A stretch of 60,043 bases of DNA. It comes from a virus (lineage: Duplodnaviria > Caudoviricetes). The stretch lies in IMG/VR virus record IMGVR_UViG_3300018035_000100, positions 1 through 60,043 of that record; one strand, written 5' to 3'. A program made the translations under genes and the position numbers. The first letter of the stretch is position 1; each line of letters begins with the position of its first letter. Below are positions 19,877-29,728 of this stretch, piece after piece. The notes below the pieces were generated by a model. The model searched no databases. It was not told where the DNA came from and worked only from the letters and a program-made list of their open reading frames with translations.

Positions 19877-22800
19877 ATGCCCGATAATTTAGGTTTAAAT
19901 CAAACCCGCGTTCTAGACGACACAGACAGAAATTTTGAAGCTGTTATATCTCAAATTCGCAAACCACCCTTATCTTGTGAAGCAAACCTTCAAGATAAGA
20001 TCAATATGACACGTTTACAAAATACTGTTAGATCTATTACTACGAGTGGGTGGACTTCAGTTGGAGCTATAGTAAATAATGTCCCCGTTAGTGAATGTGC
20101 TGTTGGAGATGTTCTTTGTAGTACATTCAGTGCTAATACAATAAATTTAATTGCTACTAATAATGGGCAAGAAACTTATAAAAATACAGCTTGGGTAAAT
20201 GGTTGGGAAGTTCTTGTACAAGCTTCTTCTGCTGCGGGGGATAGCGGTGCGGTTCCCATCACTAATGCTACTTTAAATAACTATATAACCCTTACTTCTC
20301 CTTCTGCAGGAAGTCCTCCGCCTTGGGGCATAGATTTTGTTTATCTTGAAGTATGGCGCGAACTTTTAGATCCTACAGACACTGTTTATCAATATGGAAA
20401 TGTTTGTGGCCCTTCCCTTACAAATGATCTTATAGATCCTGCTCGTGGTTTTGAAACTACTTTACGTATTCAAACTCAATATAGAATTAGAGCAACTAGA
20501 ATACAGGACGTCAATATTAATGTTGATCAAGGATTTGACAACATTCCTCCTCAAGGCCCTATGAGTATTCCTGTAACAGGCTCGCGAGATAGTACGTCAC
20601 CTTGGACATATAGCAAAGATATTTCTGATCCCGGGCTTTGGAAAGCCGGTTATGGGGATACAACTTCACAGGCTATTTTAGGAACCGTAGACGGATATAT
20701 TTACGCTATTCCAATGTTTGCTGTAGCACGACGAAATTCTAGCCCCTATGTTCCTGGTACAAACTCTAATGAAGCTGGAGTAAATTTAGCAGGATATTTA
20801 GATGGAACAGCTTCAGATAGACCAGATAATCTTTATAGCGATTATATTGTAGCCCAAGATATACTTGATCTTAGACATAAAGTTTTTTATAAAGAAAGTC
20901 TTACTGAAATGTGTGCCGATGCTTTTACTAGATTAGAATATAATAATTTACAAACTGCAATGTACTATAATCAATCGGGTGAAGCTTATATGTCTGTTTA
21001 TAGAACCCAATCAGATTTTATAGGGCCTGGTAATTACACGTGGGCAAATTCACTTGGAATCGGAGATGGAATTAGAAATGTATTTTCAAATGCAGGCGAC
21101 ACACAATACTTTGCTTTAAAAGAAGTCTACCCATCTCCTACTTGGACAACAGGACAAACTGTTACTATTACACCTATTGGGGCCTCATATCCAGCAGGAA
21201 CTACTTTTGATTTTCAAGCAGCTTATTTTAATGCAACCGGAGATCAAACTAATACAATAGTTGGTGATACAACTGTTAGTGTTATATTAAACTCGATAGC
21301 TTCATCACAAGATAGTACGTCACCATTAATTTTTAATTATAATATAAATTATCCAATAGGGTCCTATGGATTATCAGAAGTACCAACAAGGTTTTTGGAA
21401 GCACGTAATATGGCAGGTAGTAGTGTTGGTTTACCAATAGCTTTTCCTGGAAATCCAATCCCTGTACGCTTAGATCCTCTCAGCCAAGGGGTAAATATTG
21501 TAGTCGATACAAGTACGGGCGATTTTACAAATATGTTACAAAATATGACCGGATCAGTTTATGATTTATATAACTTTGGTCATCAAATGATTTATAATAT
21601 AGAAGGAACAGGAAGCAATTTATTTACTATAGATAGAACATTAGGTGGATACAATATTATTGGAGTAGCAGATGTCTCATATAATGGCTCTTCGGTACCA
21701 AGCAATCTATTAACTGTATCCCGAACCCCTACAGCATATACAGTAAATACAGACAATGCTGTAGCCGATGGAACTAATGTCACCTTTACATTATATACGG
21801 GCACTAAATTCTTTGAAGTTAATAAACAAGCTAGAGCTATTACTGGTTGTTATGAAATGCTAGAAATTGTAGCAGATCAAACAGGAGGAGGTGGTAGAAC
21901 GCAGTTTACTATAGACGCCTCTAATTTTTACATTATAGCTTTAGGAGCGTATTCACAATCTGACGGAACTGCTTATGCTTATGTCACATCTGGTGGGGAT
22001 TCGTCCAGAGCAATTATTACATCTCCAAATAATACTAATCTTTTTTTAAATCCTTTAAATGTAATAGACGAAAACAGTAATCCTGATTCAACCATTACAA
22101 TAACTCTCGCATCTACTCCTGCAAGCGGATCTATTATTAGTGTACCAGTTTTAAGAACAAGTGCTGTTCAACCTTCAGAAAACTATATGTTTTTCTATGA
22201 ATATCTTCCTTATCAAGGACTAATTGGAAACGATGCTATAACAGGAAATATTGTGGCTACAGGCCCGTCCATAACCACAACTTATGGTTCAGGAGCCATA
22301 ACACCTATTATATCGGGTGGGGGTGTAGGTAGTATTAGTGGAAGCACTCTAACTCTTGATGTCCCGGGTCTGGGCCCGGGCCCGTTTTTTCCTGAACGGA
22401 TAGGGGATATTATAAATATCTATGATTACTACAATTTTAGAATTACAGAAATAATAGATTCTACATCGGTGGTAATAAATTATCCAATTCCGAATACTTT
22501 TCCGGGTGGGGATAGTTTTTCTACCTACAGCTCCACAACATATTTTGATAAATATAATATAATTGATAGATTCCCAGCAGCGAACTCAGAAAATGACCCT
22601 CTGGGCACTTCTGCGGATACTTCATCCGTGTCTGGTGTATCGGACCCTGTTATCGAGAATCGAGCCGTAGCGCGACCCCAGCCCTTTAATAGCTATACAG
22701 AACCCTTGATTGGGGTAAACTCTGCAGACCGAGGTCGTACAGGTATCATTGCTAACAATTCCCCATATGGAATAAATCCAGGTGGATTAGGAATGACCTA

Positions 22801-23014
22801 TGAATCCTTATCAACCACATCTCCATATCAAAAGACTTATCAATCCTATATTATAAATAAAAATAATTCTGGGGAATTATATATGGTTGTGGTAGGGTCA
22901 GAAGACGATAATTTAGGATCTACGTGTTATTTAAATCCATATTCCCTTGATGATGTCGTGGATTATTTTGCTCTTCCAGGTCGACCTTTACTCCCTAATG
23001 TGGATCCACAATAA
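19877..23014 (+). CDS. baseplate/tail-fibre protein, paralogue of 8460..12434
   Basis: Shares VYLEVWR, RIQTQYRIR, TVDGYIYAIP..ARRN, ILDLRH and C-terminal GRPL blocks. Confidence 0.7.
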   Translation: MPDNLGLNQTRVLDDTDRNFEAVISQIRKPPLSCEANLQDKINMTRLQNTVRSITTSGWTSVGAIVNNVPVSECAVGDVLCSTFSANTINLIATNNGQETYKNTAWVNGWEVLVQASSAAGDSGAVPITNATLNNYITLTSPSAGSPPPWGIDFVYLEVWRELLDPTDTVYQYGNVCGPSLTNDLIDPARGFETTLRIQTQYRIRATRIQDVNINVDQGFDNIPPQGPMSIPVTGSRDSTSPWTYSKDISDPGLWKAGYGDTTSQAILGTVDGYIYAIPMFAVARRNSSPYVPGTNSNEAGVNLAGYLDGTASDRPDNLYSDYIVAQDILDLRHKVFYKESLTEMCADAFTRLEYNNLQTAMYYNQSGEAYMSVYRTQSDFIGPGNYTWANSLGIGDGIRNVFSNAGDTQYFALKEVYPSPTWTTGQTVTITPIGASYPAGTTFDFQAAYFNATGDQTNTIVGDTTVSVILNSIASSQDSTSPLIFNYNINYPIGSYGLSEVPTRFLEARNMAGSSVGLPIAFPGNPIPVRLDPLSQGVNIVVDTSTGDFTNMLQNMTGSVYDLYNFGHQMIYNIEGTGSNLFTIDRTLGGYNIIGVADVSYNGSSVPSNLLTVSRTPTAYTVNTDNAVADGTNVTFTLYTGTKFFEVNKQARAITGCYEMLEIVADQTGGGGRTQFTIDASNFYIIALGAYSQSDGTAYAYVTSGGDSSRAIITSPNNTNLFLNPLNVIDENSNPDSTITITLASTPASGSIISVPVLRTSAVQPSENYMFFYEYLPYQGLIGNDAITGNIVATGPSITTTYGSGAITPIISGGGVGSISGSTLTLDVPGLGPGPFFPERIGDIINIYDYYNFRITEIIDSTSVVINYPIPNTFPGGDSFSTYSSTTYFDKYNIIDRFPAANSENDPLGTSADTSSVSGVSDPVIENRAVARPQPFNSYTEPLIGVNSADRGRTGIIANNSPYGINPGGLGMTYESLSTTSPYQKTYQSYIINKNNSGELYMVVVGSEDDNLGSTCYLNPYSLDDVVDYFALPGRPLLPNVDPQ
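22361..22382. repeat. 6-bp-periodic GC array (GTCC CG GGTC TG GGCC CG GGCC)
   Basis: Four phased cores in CDS. Confidence 0.6.
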
Positions 23015-23875
23015 ATGGAATCGATACACGAATATATTAGATATTTAGCCGGTACATTTAAAAAAGCTGATGATCCAATGATCAAGGCCCCGGACCCGGG
23101 CCCTGTCCCAGAACCGACCCCTGATGGAAAGAATCCGATCGATCAAAAGACGCATAAATTAAAACTTGAAAAAATAGATATATCTTTTTTTGCCCCATAT
23201 CAAAATAATACCGAAACTTTAACTATAGAAAAGAATAAAAGCCATGAAGCTAATTTTCAATGGAATCAATACTCTTTATTGCTTTCGGATGGGAATGTAA
23301 ATCCCGTTAAAAAGCAATGGTATAGGTTTTATGAAAAATTGGAAGCTTGGGGCACTGTACAGCCTGGAAATGCCCAAATCAAACGGGTAAATGAAAAAGG
23401 TGTACCAACCGATGAGCTTACGAAACAGCCCCTTCCAGAGTCCTTAACGGTTCAATCTATTCAAGCCCAGTTCCGGGACCTGTTACAAAAACCTGATTTG
23501 GAACCTAATAAACCTGAATCTATGGTTGAATATATAAATGGGCAAAAACCTGTAAAAACCTATAGCCCAACAGAATTCAAAAATACGTATGAAAATGGGA
23601 CTTTAAATAAAGACGGGACACATTTTTATGTTCTAGTCAGTAAGAGTAATGATATACTTAGCCCATTAGGGAAAAAGTTAGGTGCAAATCCTGAAATGGA
23701 ATCCGCTAAAAAGGAACCCGTTACTAAGGAACCTCAAACGACAGGAAAACCAGAACACGGTGGTTCTCCGATTCCAGAATCTAAAGGTCCGGAAATGGCT
23801 CCAACTAATCAATCTACGGCTCCTTTATCTGCTCCGGAACAACATACTCCGAATCTTCAAAATCTTAAATCTTAA
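23015..23875 (+). CDS. hypothetical protein with Pro/Glu-rich termini
   Basis: 286-aa ORF starting directly after the previous stop. Confidence 0.55.
   Translation: MESIHEYIRYLAGTFKKADDPMIKAPDPGPVPEPTPDGKNPIDQKTHKLKLEKIDISFFAPYQNNTETLTIEKNKSHEANFQWNQYSLLLSDGNVNPVKKQWYRFYEKLEAWGTVQPGNAQIKRVNEKGVPTDELTKQPLPESLTVQSIQAQFRDLLQKPDLEPNKPESMVEYINGQKPVKTYSPTEFKNTYENGTLNKDGTHFYVLVSKSNDILSPLGKKLGANPEMESAKKEPVTKEPQTTGKPEHGGSPIPESKGPEMAPTNQSTAPLSAPEQHTPNLQNLKS
23086..23108. repeat. 6-bp-periodic GC array (GGCCCC GGACCC GGGCCC TGTCC)
   Basis: Phased GC cores in CDS. Confidence 0.55.
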
Positions 23876-23881
23876 AAATAG

Positions 23882-23910
23882 TTTATTTTTTTATTTTTTA
23901 GGTATATAAT
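23882..23910 (+). promoter_or_regulatory. sigma70-like promoter TTTATT-17-TATAAT
   Basis: Intergenic, upstream of the SNF2/glycosylation operon. Confidence 0.55.
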
Positions 23911-23958
23911 ATAATTAAGGTAGGTTTTTGTCCCTAAATAAAATAGGATTGCAGAGCG

Positions 23959-25647
23959 ATGCCTTTTGATCAAGTTCCTTCCGTTTACCCACAATTACTT
24001 GAACTTCGAAAATCTAAAACGGCAGATTTTAAACCTAATTCATATTTAAAAGAATCTACTAAACTCCGCTACTATCAAGTGATTGGAGCTTTACATATGA
24101 TTCTTTTGAATAGGATGGTTCTCGGGGATGCTACTGGAGTAGGTAAAACGGCTATGGCTATAGGGGCCTATTCTTGGATTTTGTCTAGAGAACCAACAAT
24201 GAAATTATTGGTTGTGGCACCCAAATCTGCCCTATTTCAATGGGCAGATGAGTTTGATAAATTTACGCAAAATATTTCTGTACGAGTATTAACTTTAGAA
24301 TATGCCGGTCTATCGGGGATAGATGCTAGAAAGAAACAATATGAGGATTTTAAAGAAAATGTATTAATCGTTGGGTATGCACAAATACGTTCTGATTATA
24401 TATTTTTGAAAAAAGCTTTGGGGGCTAATTATACCGTAATCTATGATGAAGCGACGGCTTTTAAAGGACGAAAAACTCAAACTTATTTTGCTGCCCAAGA
24501 ACTAGCCCAGTCCGCGTCCCGGGTTTATGGTCTTTCCGCTACTATTATAAAAAATAGTCTTGAAGAAGTTTGGTCAATATATTCAGTTATAGTCCCCGGT
24601 CTTTTTGGGAAGATCACAAACTTTCTTCGTACCTATACACATCAGAAATTATTAAAATTAAAAATAAATGGTCAAGATCGATACATACCACAAATAGATT
24701 TGACCAAGGGTCATTTAGGGCATAAGAACCTTGAACAATTTAAAAAACTTATAGATCCTTATATATTGGTTCGTAAAAAAGAAGAAGTCGAATCCGAGCT
24801 CCCGCCGATTATATCTAAAAAAGTAATTCTAGAAATGGAACCCGATCAGAAAGCTCTTTATAAAAAAGCTGTTCAAGGAATCATTTATGAAGAAAATGTA
24901 AAACGGGACTTTTTCGAGATCTCGGACAAGGTCAGGGCCGGGACCCGGGACCCGAAGATTTTAGAAAAGTATGAGGATATGAAAGAGAAATATGAAAAAC
25001 TTTTAACTGGGGAATCTAAAAAGCATGGGAAACTTGCTGCTTTAACATATTGTCAAATGATCTCTAATGGGCCTGGGCTTATAGGAGAACCGGGTGAGTC
25101 CAGTAAAGAAATAGAATTTGAAAGATTACTAACTGAAGAACTTCTTACAGAAAAGATAATTGTATTTAGTCGTTTTAAAAGGGGGATACCTAATCTTGAA
25201 ATAATATGTGATAGAAAACATATTCAATATTCAAAAATTACAGGAGATGTTTTAGATGCTCAAGAGCGGGATAATGCTAAGAAAAAATTCTTGAATAATC
25301 CAGAATGTCGGATCATTTTTATTACTATGGCCGGGGCCGAGTCTTTAAATCTACAAGCTGCTTCTGTAGTTTTATTTTATGACACGCCGTGGTCTTATGG
25401 GGATCTTGTTCAAATTATTGGTAGAGCGCAAAGAATAGGATCGATACAAAATCATATTCTATTAATACATTTTGCTAATAAAGGAACGATTGATATGCGG
25501 GTGATCGATCGTGTAAGTGGAAAAAAAGAGTTGTCGTCAGAAATTATTGGAGATACTTCTAAAGGGGCTTTAGATTTCAGTTCTGGGGAAGAAAATGTAG
25601 TAGATGATCTGTTCAATGAACTTTTAGAGGACGGGGATAAACTTTAA
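23959..25647 (+). CDS. SNF2/SWI2-family SF2 helicase-ATPase
   Basis: LGDATGVGKT, YDEA, LSAT, GAESLNLQ, QIIGRAQRIGS. Confidence 0.92.
   Translation: MPFDQVPSVYPQLLELRKSKTADFKPNSYLKESTKLRYYQVIGALHMILLNRMVLGDATGVGKTAMAIGAYSWILSREPTMKLLVVAPKSALFQWADEFDKFTQNISVRVLTLEYAGLSGIDARKKQYEDFKENVLIVGYAQIRSDYIFLKKALGANYTVIYDEATAFKGRKTQTYFAAQELAQSASRVYGLSATIIKNSLEEVWSIYSVIVPGLFGKITNFLRTYTHQKLLKLKINGQDRYIPQIDLTKGHLGHKNLEQFKKLIDPYILVRKKEEVESELPPIISKKVILEMEPDQKALYKKAVQGIIYEENVKRDFFEISDKVRAGTRDPKILEKYEDMKEKYEKLLTGESKKHGKLAALTYCQMISNGPGLIGEPGESSKEIEFERLLTEELLTEKIIVFSRFKRGIPNLEIICDRKHIQYSKITGDVLDAQERDNAKKKFLNNPECRIIFITMAGAESLNLQAASVVLFYDTPWSYGDLVQIIGRAQRIGSIQNHILLIHFANKGTIDMRVIDRVSGKKELSSEIIGDTSKGALDFSSGEENVVDDLFNELLEDGDKL
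24924..24951. repeat. 6-bp-periodic GC array (GGAC AA GGTC AG GGCC GG GACC CG GGAC)
   Basis: Five phased cores in the SNF2 CDS. Confidence 0.7.
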
Positions 25648-26096
25648 TGTTCAAAACCTCGCATCCTGAATTTTATACCACCGATATAATTAATTTTGAA
25701 AAATGGATTGGAGACAGGCCTAATTTTGTAATAGACCCATTCATAGATTTTGACGGATTTAAAAATTCAGAAGAAAATTTTGATTATAATACTAAAAAGT
25801 ATAAAGATAAGATTATAAAAATAAAAGGATATTCACAAATTGAATTAAGAAAAATTGATGGATCGTTTGATTTTATTTATATAGATGGATCGCACACAAG
25901 TTGGGATACATTAGAAGATTTGATATTATCTTTTAGAATTTTAAAACACAATGGTATAATTATTTGTGATGATTATGAATGGTATAAGCAAGATTTATAT
26001 GGCCCAAAACCAGGAATAGATGCATTTCTGAATATTTTTATAAATAGCTATGATTTATTATTCAAAGAATATCAAGTCGGAATAAAAAAGCGATGA
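25647..26096 (+). CDS. class I SAM methyltransferase (Methyltransf_24-like), apparently lacking the EIG SAM-binding loop
   Basis: IDPF, FDFIYIDGSH and LKHNGIIICDDY are present; motif I is absent. Confidence 0.7.
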   Translation: MFKTSHPEFYTTDIINFEKWIGDRPNFVIDPFIDFDGFKNSEENFDYNTKKYKDKIIKIKGYSQIELRKIDGSFDFIYIDGSHTSWDTLEDLILSFRILKHNGIIICDDYEWYKQDLYGPKPGIDAFLNIFINSYDLLFKEYQVGIKKR

Positions 26097-26836
26097 AAGA
26101 TTTAGCAATATGTTGTATTGCAAAAGACGAAAATCCATATTTAAATGAATGGATAGACCATCATTTAGCTATTGGGGTTCAACATATTTTTCTTTACGAT
26201 AATAACTCTAAAGAATCTATAAAAGATTTTTTAGGAAATCAAGATAATATTACAGTTTATAATTGGCCTGGAACAAATAGGCCACAACTTCCAGCCTACA
26301 ACAACTGTTTAGACAATAATAGAAAAGAATTTAAATGGATAGGGTTTATTGATGCAGATGAATTTATTGTTCCTAAATCAACGAATAATTTGGTAGAGTT
26401 TTTAAAAAATTATGAAAAGGAATATATTGCTGGATTATCTATTAATTGGAAAGTTTTTGGATCTAACGGACATTTAACTAGGCAAAAATCTCAAATCAGA
26501 TCTTATACCAAATGTTTTAAAGATAAACATTGTAAAGTAATAACAAGACCTGAATATACAATATCCTTTGCTAATCCTCATTTTGGAAATTTTATTGGAG
26601 GGTTTTGGAGTGTAGATGAGAACGGAAAAGAAACTCGTGGTCCGTTTAACGCGCACAGTTCCTCTCTTATTCAAATAAATCATTATGTAAATAGATCTCT
26701 AGAAGAGTTTAAAGAAAAAATACAAAAAGGTCGGGCAGATTGCGAGGATATTCGTGACATATCCCAATTTTATGGGATAGATAAAGATTGTGTTGAAGAA
26801 GATACCTATTTAAAAGATTTAAAATTATTTGTTTGA
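26093..26836 (+). CDS. glycosyltransferase family 2/92-like
   Basis: AKDENPYLNEWIDHH, LYDNNS, WIGFIDADEF, QINHY. Confidence 0.88.
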   Translation: MKDLAICCIAKDENPYLNEWIDHHLAIGVQHIFLYDNNSKESIKDFLGNQDNITVYNWPGTNRPQLPAYNNCLDNNRKEFKWIGFIDADEFIVPKSTNNLVEFLKNYEKEYIAGLSINWKVFGSNGHLTRQKSQIRSYTKCFKDKHCKVITRPEYTISFANPHFGNFIGGFWSVDENGKETRGPFNAHSSSLIQINHYVNRSLEEFKEKIQKGRADCEDIRDISQFYGIDKDCVEEDTYLKDLKLFV

Positions 26837-26856
26837 AATAAAGGAGAATTATTTTT

Positions 26857-27578
26857 ATGGACATTTTACATACCTATTTATATTGCTATAATGAAGAAAA
26901 ACTTCTTCCATATGTTTTAAATCATTATAATACAATTTTTATGATAATGGTAGTACAGATAGTAGTGATGAAATTTATAAGAGATATGATAAAATAAAAG
27001 TTATAAAATATTTTACGGATACTTTTGATGAATTAGATTTTGTTAAAAGAAAATCTAATGATTATAAACAAAGTAGAGGAGTAGCAAACTGGGTTGCCAT
27101 ATGTGATGTCGATGAAATTATAGATCACCCACAGTTAAAAAACTTTTTAAATAAATATACGGAAAATAATATAACAATGGCTGATTTAAACGCACAATGG
27201 CTAGTTGGAACAGATTGGGGCAATCCAGAAAAAGACACTATTTTTCAAATAATGAAATTTAGGTCTTGCAAAGAACCACATAATGGAAAGGCGCAACTAA
27301 TAAGTCCAAATATCGATATAGAATATGGACCCGGATGTCACACATTTAAATGTAATAAATATTTAAAATCCAAAAAAGAAATCTACACTTTTCATTGTCA
27401 AATGTACGATTCAGATTATATTTTTAAACGAAATCAAACATTTGCAAAAAGAAAAAGTGAAAGAACAAAAAAATTTGGCTATGATTTTCATTGGGGGTGG
27501 AACAAAGACCAATTATTACTTCCTATTAAGAATATTGTTGATAAGGGAATATTATTCAATTCAACTGATATAAAATAA
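26857..27578 (+). pseudogene. frameshifted GT2-like (Glyco_tranf_2_4-type) glycosyltransferase
   Basis: AAGGAG RBS, then MDILHTYLYCYNEEKLLPYVLNHY; FYDNGSTD...ICDVDE continues in another frame from about 26935 into ORF 27177..27578. Confidence 0.75.
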
Positions 27579-27584
27579 ATTTAT

Positions 27585-28478
27585 ATGAAACATTTTCTTT
27601 TAAAAAGACGAGAAACGATGGGGGATGTTTTCCTTTTAACTGTTTGTGTAAAAGCCCTTAAAAAAAGATTTCCTGATTGTAAGATAGATGTGGCTACTTA
27701 TTTTCCTGAAGTCTTACAAAATAATCCAAATATTAATGGAATCTATCGTGATCGTGATATTCTTGGTATAACATATGACAATATTTTTGATTTAAATGAT
27801 GCTTATGAAATTAATCCGCGTATAAAAATAGCTGTAAACTATTTAAATTCTTGTAATATTACTGATGAAGTTGATACAATAGGAGATATGTGGTTTAATG
27901 AAAACTTAATAAAATTTGGAAGCAATGTTTGTTCCGGAGAATTTATAGTTTTTGAAGCTTCAAAAACTAATAATAGATTACAGCAAAATAGATTTTTTCC
28001 ACGGATGAATGAAGTCCACGATAGAATAAAACAAATGGGATTTAAAACAATGATAGTAGGAATAAATAACGCTTCTAATATTATAAATTCTGATATAGAT
28101 TTTACCGGAAAATTAAATTTAATGCAAACTACTGTTGTAATAGCACAGCACGGATTAGTGTACATAGGATATCACGGTGGAATGGCTCATCTTTTACAAG
28201 CCATTCCAATGCCAACAGTAATATATTATACTGTGCACAGTGCTGAATTTACTCAAACCATTAATGATTTTCTAAAAATTATTAATGTAAAAACGGAGTG
28301 CTTTAATTGTCGAAGTAGATTTGGAAATGGAAAAATGTCACCATGGCCCTCTTGTTATCATCCTGAAATAAACTGTTCAGAAACTATATCTGTTGATGAA
28401 TTAATTGAAGGAATTTTGGAACAATACGAAAAATTTAAAGGACAGATTAATGAAAGAAGATTACAAGTACATTTCTGA
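27585..28478 (+). CDS. GT9 (heptosyltransferase-like) glycosyltransferase
   Basis: MGDVFLLT..KALKKRFPD, LQNNPNI, IDFTGKLNL, GMAHL. Confidence 0.85.
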   Translation: MKHFLLKRRETMGDVFLLTVCVKALKKRFPDCKIDVATYFPEVLQNNPNINGIYRDRDILGITYDNIFDLNDAYEINPRIKIAVNYLNSCNITDEVDTIGDMWFNENLIKFGSNVCSGEFIVFEASKTNNRLQQNRFFPRMNEVHDRIKQMGFKTMIVGINNASNIINSDIDFTGKLNLMQTTVVIAQHGLVYIGYHGGMAHLLQAIPMPTVIYYTVHSAEFTQTINDFLKIINVKTECFNCRSRFGNGKMSPWPSCYHPEINCSETISVDELIEGILEQYEKFKGQINERRLQVHF

Positions 28479-29022
28479 AACGGGGCGTCATCGTTCAATA
28501 ACTGTTCAAAAAATAGAGAAATATTTTGGATCTCTCAGTCAACTAAATGGCTTAGACATAGGATTCGGTGGAGACCCATTATTGATTAATTCTATATGTA
28601 TGGATATGCCTGAACGATATTCTATTAATGTAATAGAAACTGCTCCGCAGAATTTATTTGGAGATTGCAGAAATTTATATTGGTTTTCTGATTGTTGTTT
28701 AGATTATGTTTATTCGGCACATGTATTAGAAGACTTTCTTGAATCTGAAATAAAATTAATTCTTAAAGAATGGGTTCGGATAGTAAAAAACGGAGGTTTA
28801 TTAATCTTAGATTTGCCAAATGAAAGAAAATATAGAGATGTATGTAAACAAAGAGGCTATAGGTCTAATCCTCGACATTTAATTATTGATATGTCCCCAA
28901 ATTATATTTTAGATAAAACAAGAGATCTTGAAATTTCTTTGATAGACCTTGTGGAGGACCTTCCTCCAGACAATTATTCTTTTCTTATGATTTGGAAAAA
29001 ATTAGCAACGGATCAGTTTTAG
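28450..29022 (+). CDS. class I SAM methyltransferase (Methyltransf_11-like)
   Basis: GLDIGFGG, LDYVYSAHVLED, EWVRIVKNGG; likely start 28450. Confidence 0.85.
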   Translation: MKEDYKYISETGRHRSITVQKIEKYFGSLSQLNGLDIGFGGDPLLINSICMDMPERYSINVIETAPQNLFGDCRNLYWFSDCCLDYVYSAHVLEDFLESEIKLILKEWVRIVKNGGLLILDLPNERKYRDVCKQRGYRSNPRHLIIDMSPNYILDKTRDLEISLIDLVEDLPPDNYSFLMIWKKLATDQF

Positions 29023-29056
29023 GGATAAATAAACTACAGTTCCAAAAGGAGTTTTT

Positions 29057-29728
29057 ATGACAGTACATCACCCAGTTACGCTTATTGGAAATGATATTTT
29101 TGCAAGAAAAATTATAGAAGCGTCGTCATTTGATTTTATTCACGTAGCTGTAGATATTGGAGCTCATACAGGAGAAAGTTCCACTCATTGTATTTTTCAA
29201 GGATTGGAACAAAAGCAAATAAAAAAACTTTATGCTCTTGAACCTCAAAAAGAACCATTTAAAAAACTTTGTGAAAATTATAAAAATTATAGTTGGGTCA
29301 TTCCTGTTAATAAAATGACTGGAAAATTTTGTGATTATAATACCCCTGAAGAAATAAAAATTTTTTATGATAATCATTTTGGATCATTAAATAGAATGCC
29401 ATTTAATAATGTTATGAATATTGTAAATGAAGAAATTGGATATCTTAAACAGGAAAAAGTAGAAGAAGATGGAATTGATTGGATAATAAAAGATAATAAA
29501 GGCTTACCTGATTTAATTATGCTTGACGCCTCTTCTTTTACTCATACATATGAAATTGAATTTCCAAAATATTATGGAACAAAAGTTATTATTCTTGATG
29601 ATACGAGATGTATGAAAAATATGCTTATTCGTACTCATTTGCTTAATGATAAAACATATAATTGTTTTTTTGATAATATTAACTATAGATACGGGGTTTC
29701 TATTTTTATAAAAGAAAAGTCGATATGA
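29057..29728 (+). CDS. SAM-dependent methyltransferase (FkbM-like)
   Basis: VDIGAHTGESST, YALEP, IILDD. Confidence 0.7.
   Translation: MTVHHPVTLIGNDIFARKIIEASSFDFIHVAVDIGAHTGESSTHCIFQGLEQKQIKKLYALEPQKEPFKKLCENYKNYSWVIPVNKMTGKFCDYNTPEEIKIFYDNHFGSLNRMPFNNVMNIVNEEIGYLKQEKVEEDGIDWIIKDNKGLPDLIMLDASSFTHTYEIEFPKYYGTKVIILDDTRCMKNMLIRTHLLNDKTYNCFFDNINYRYGVSIFIKEKSI

Noticed and set aside
26930-26945. Programmed -1 frameshift in the broken glycosyltransferase
   Set aside because: No canonical X XXY YYZ heptamer, and residues seem to be missing, favouring deletion or assembly error.
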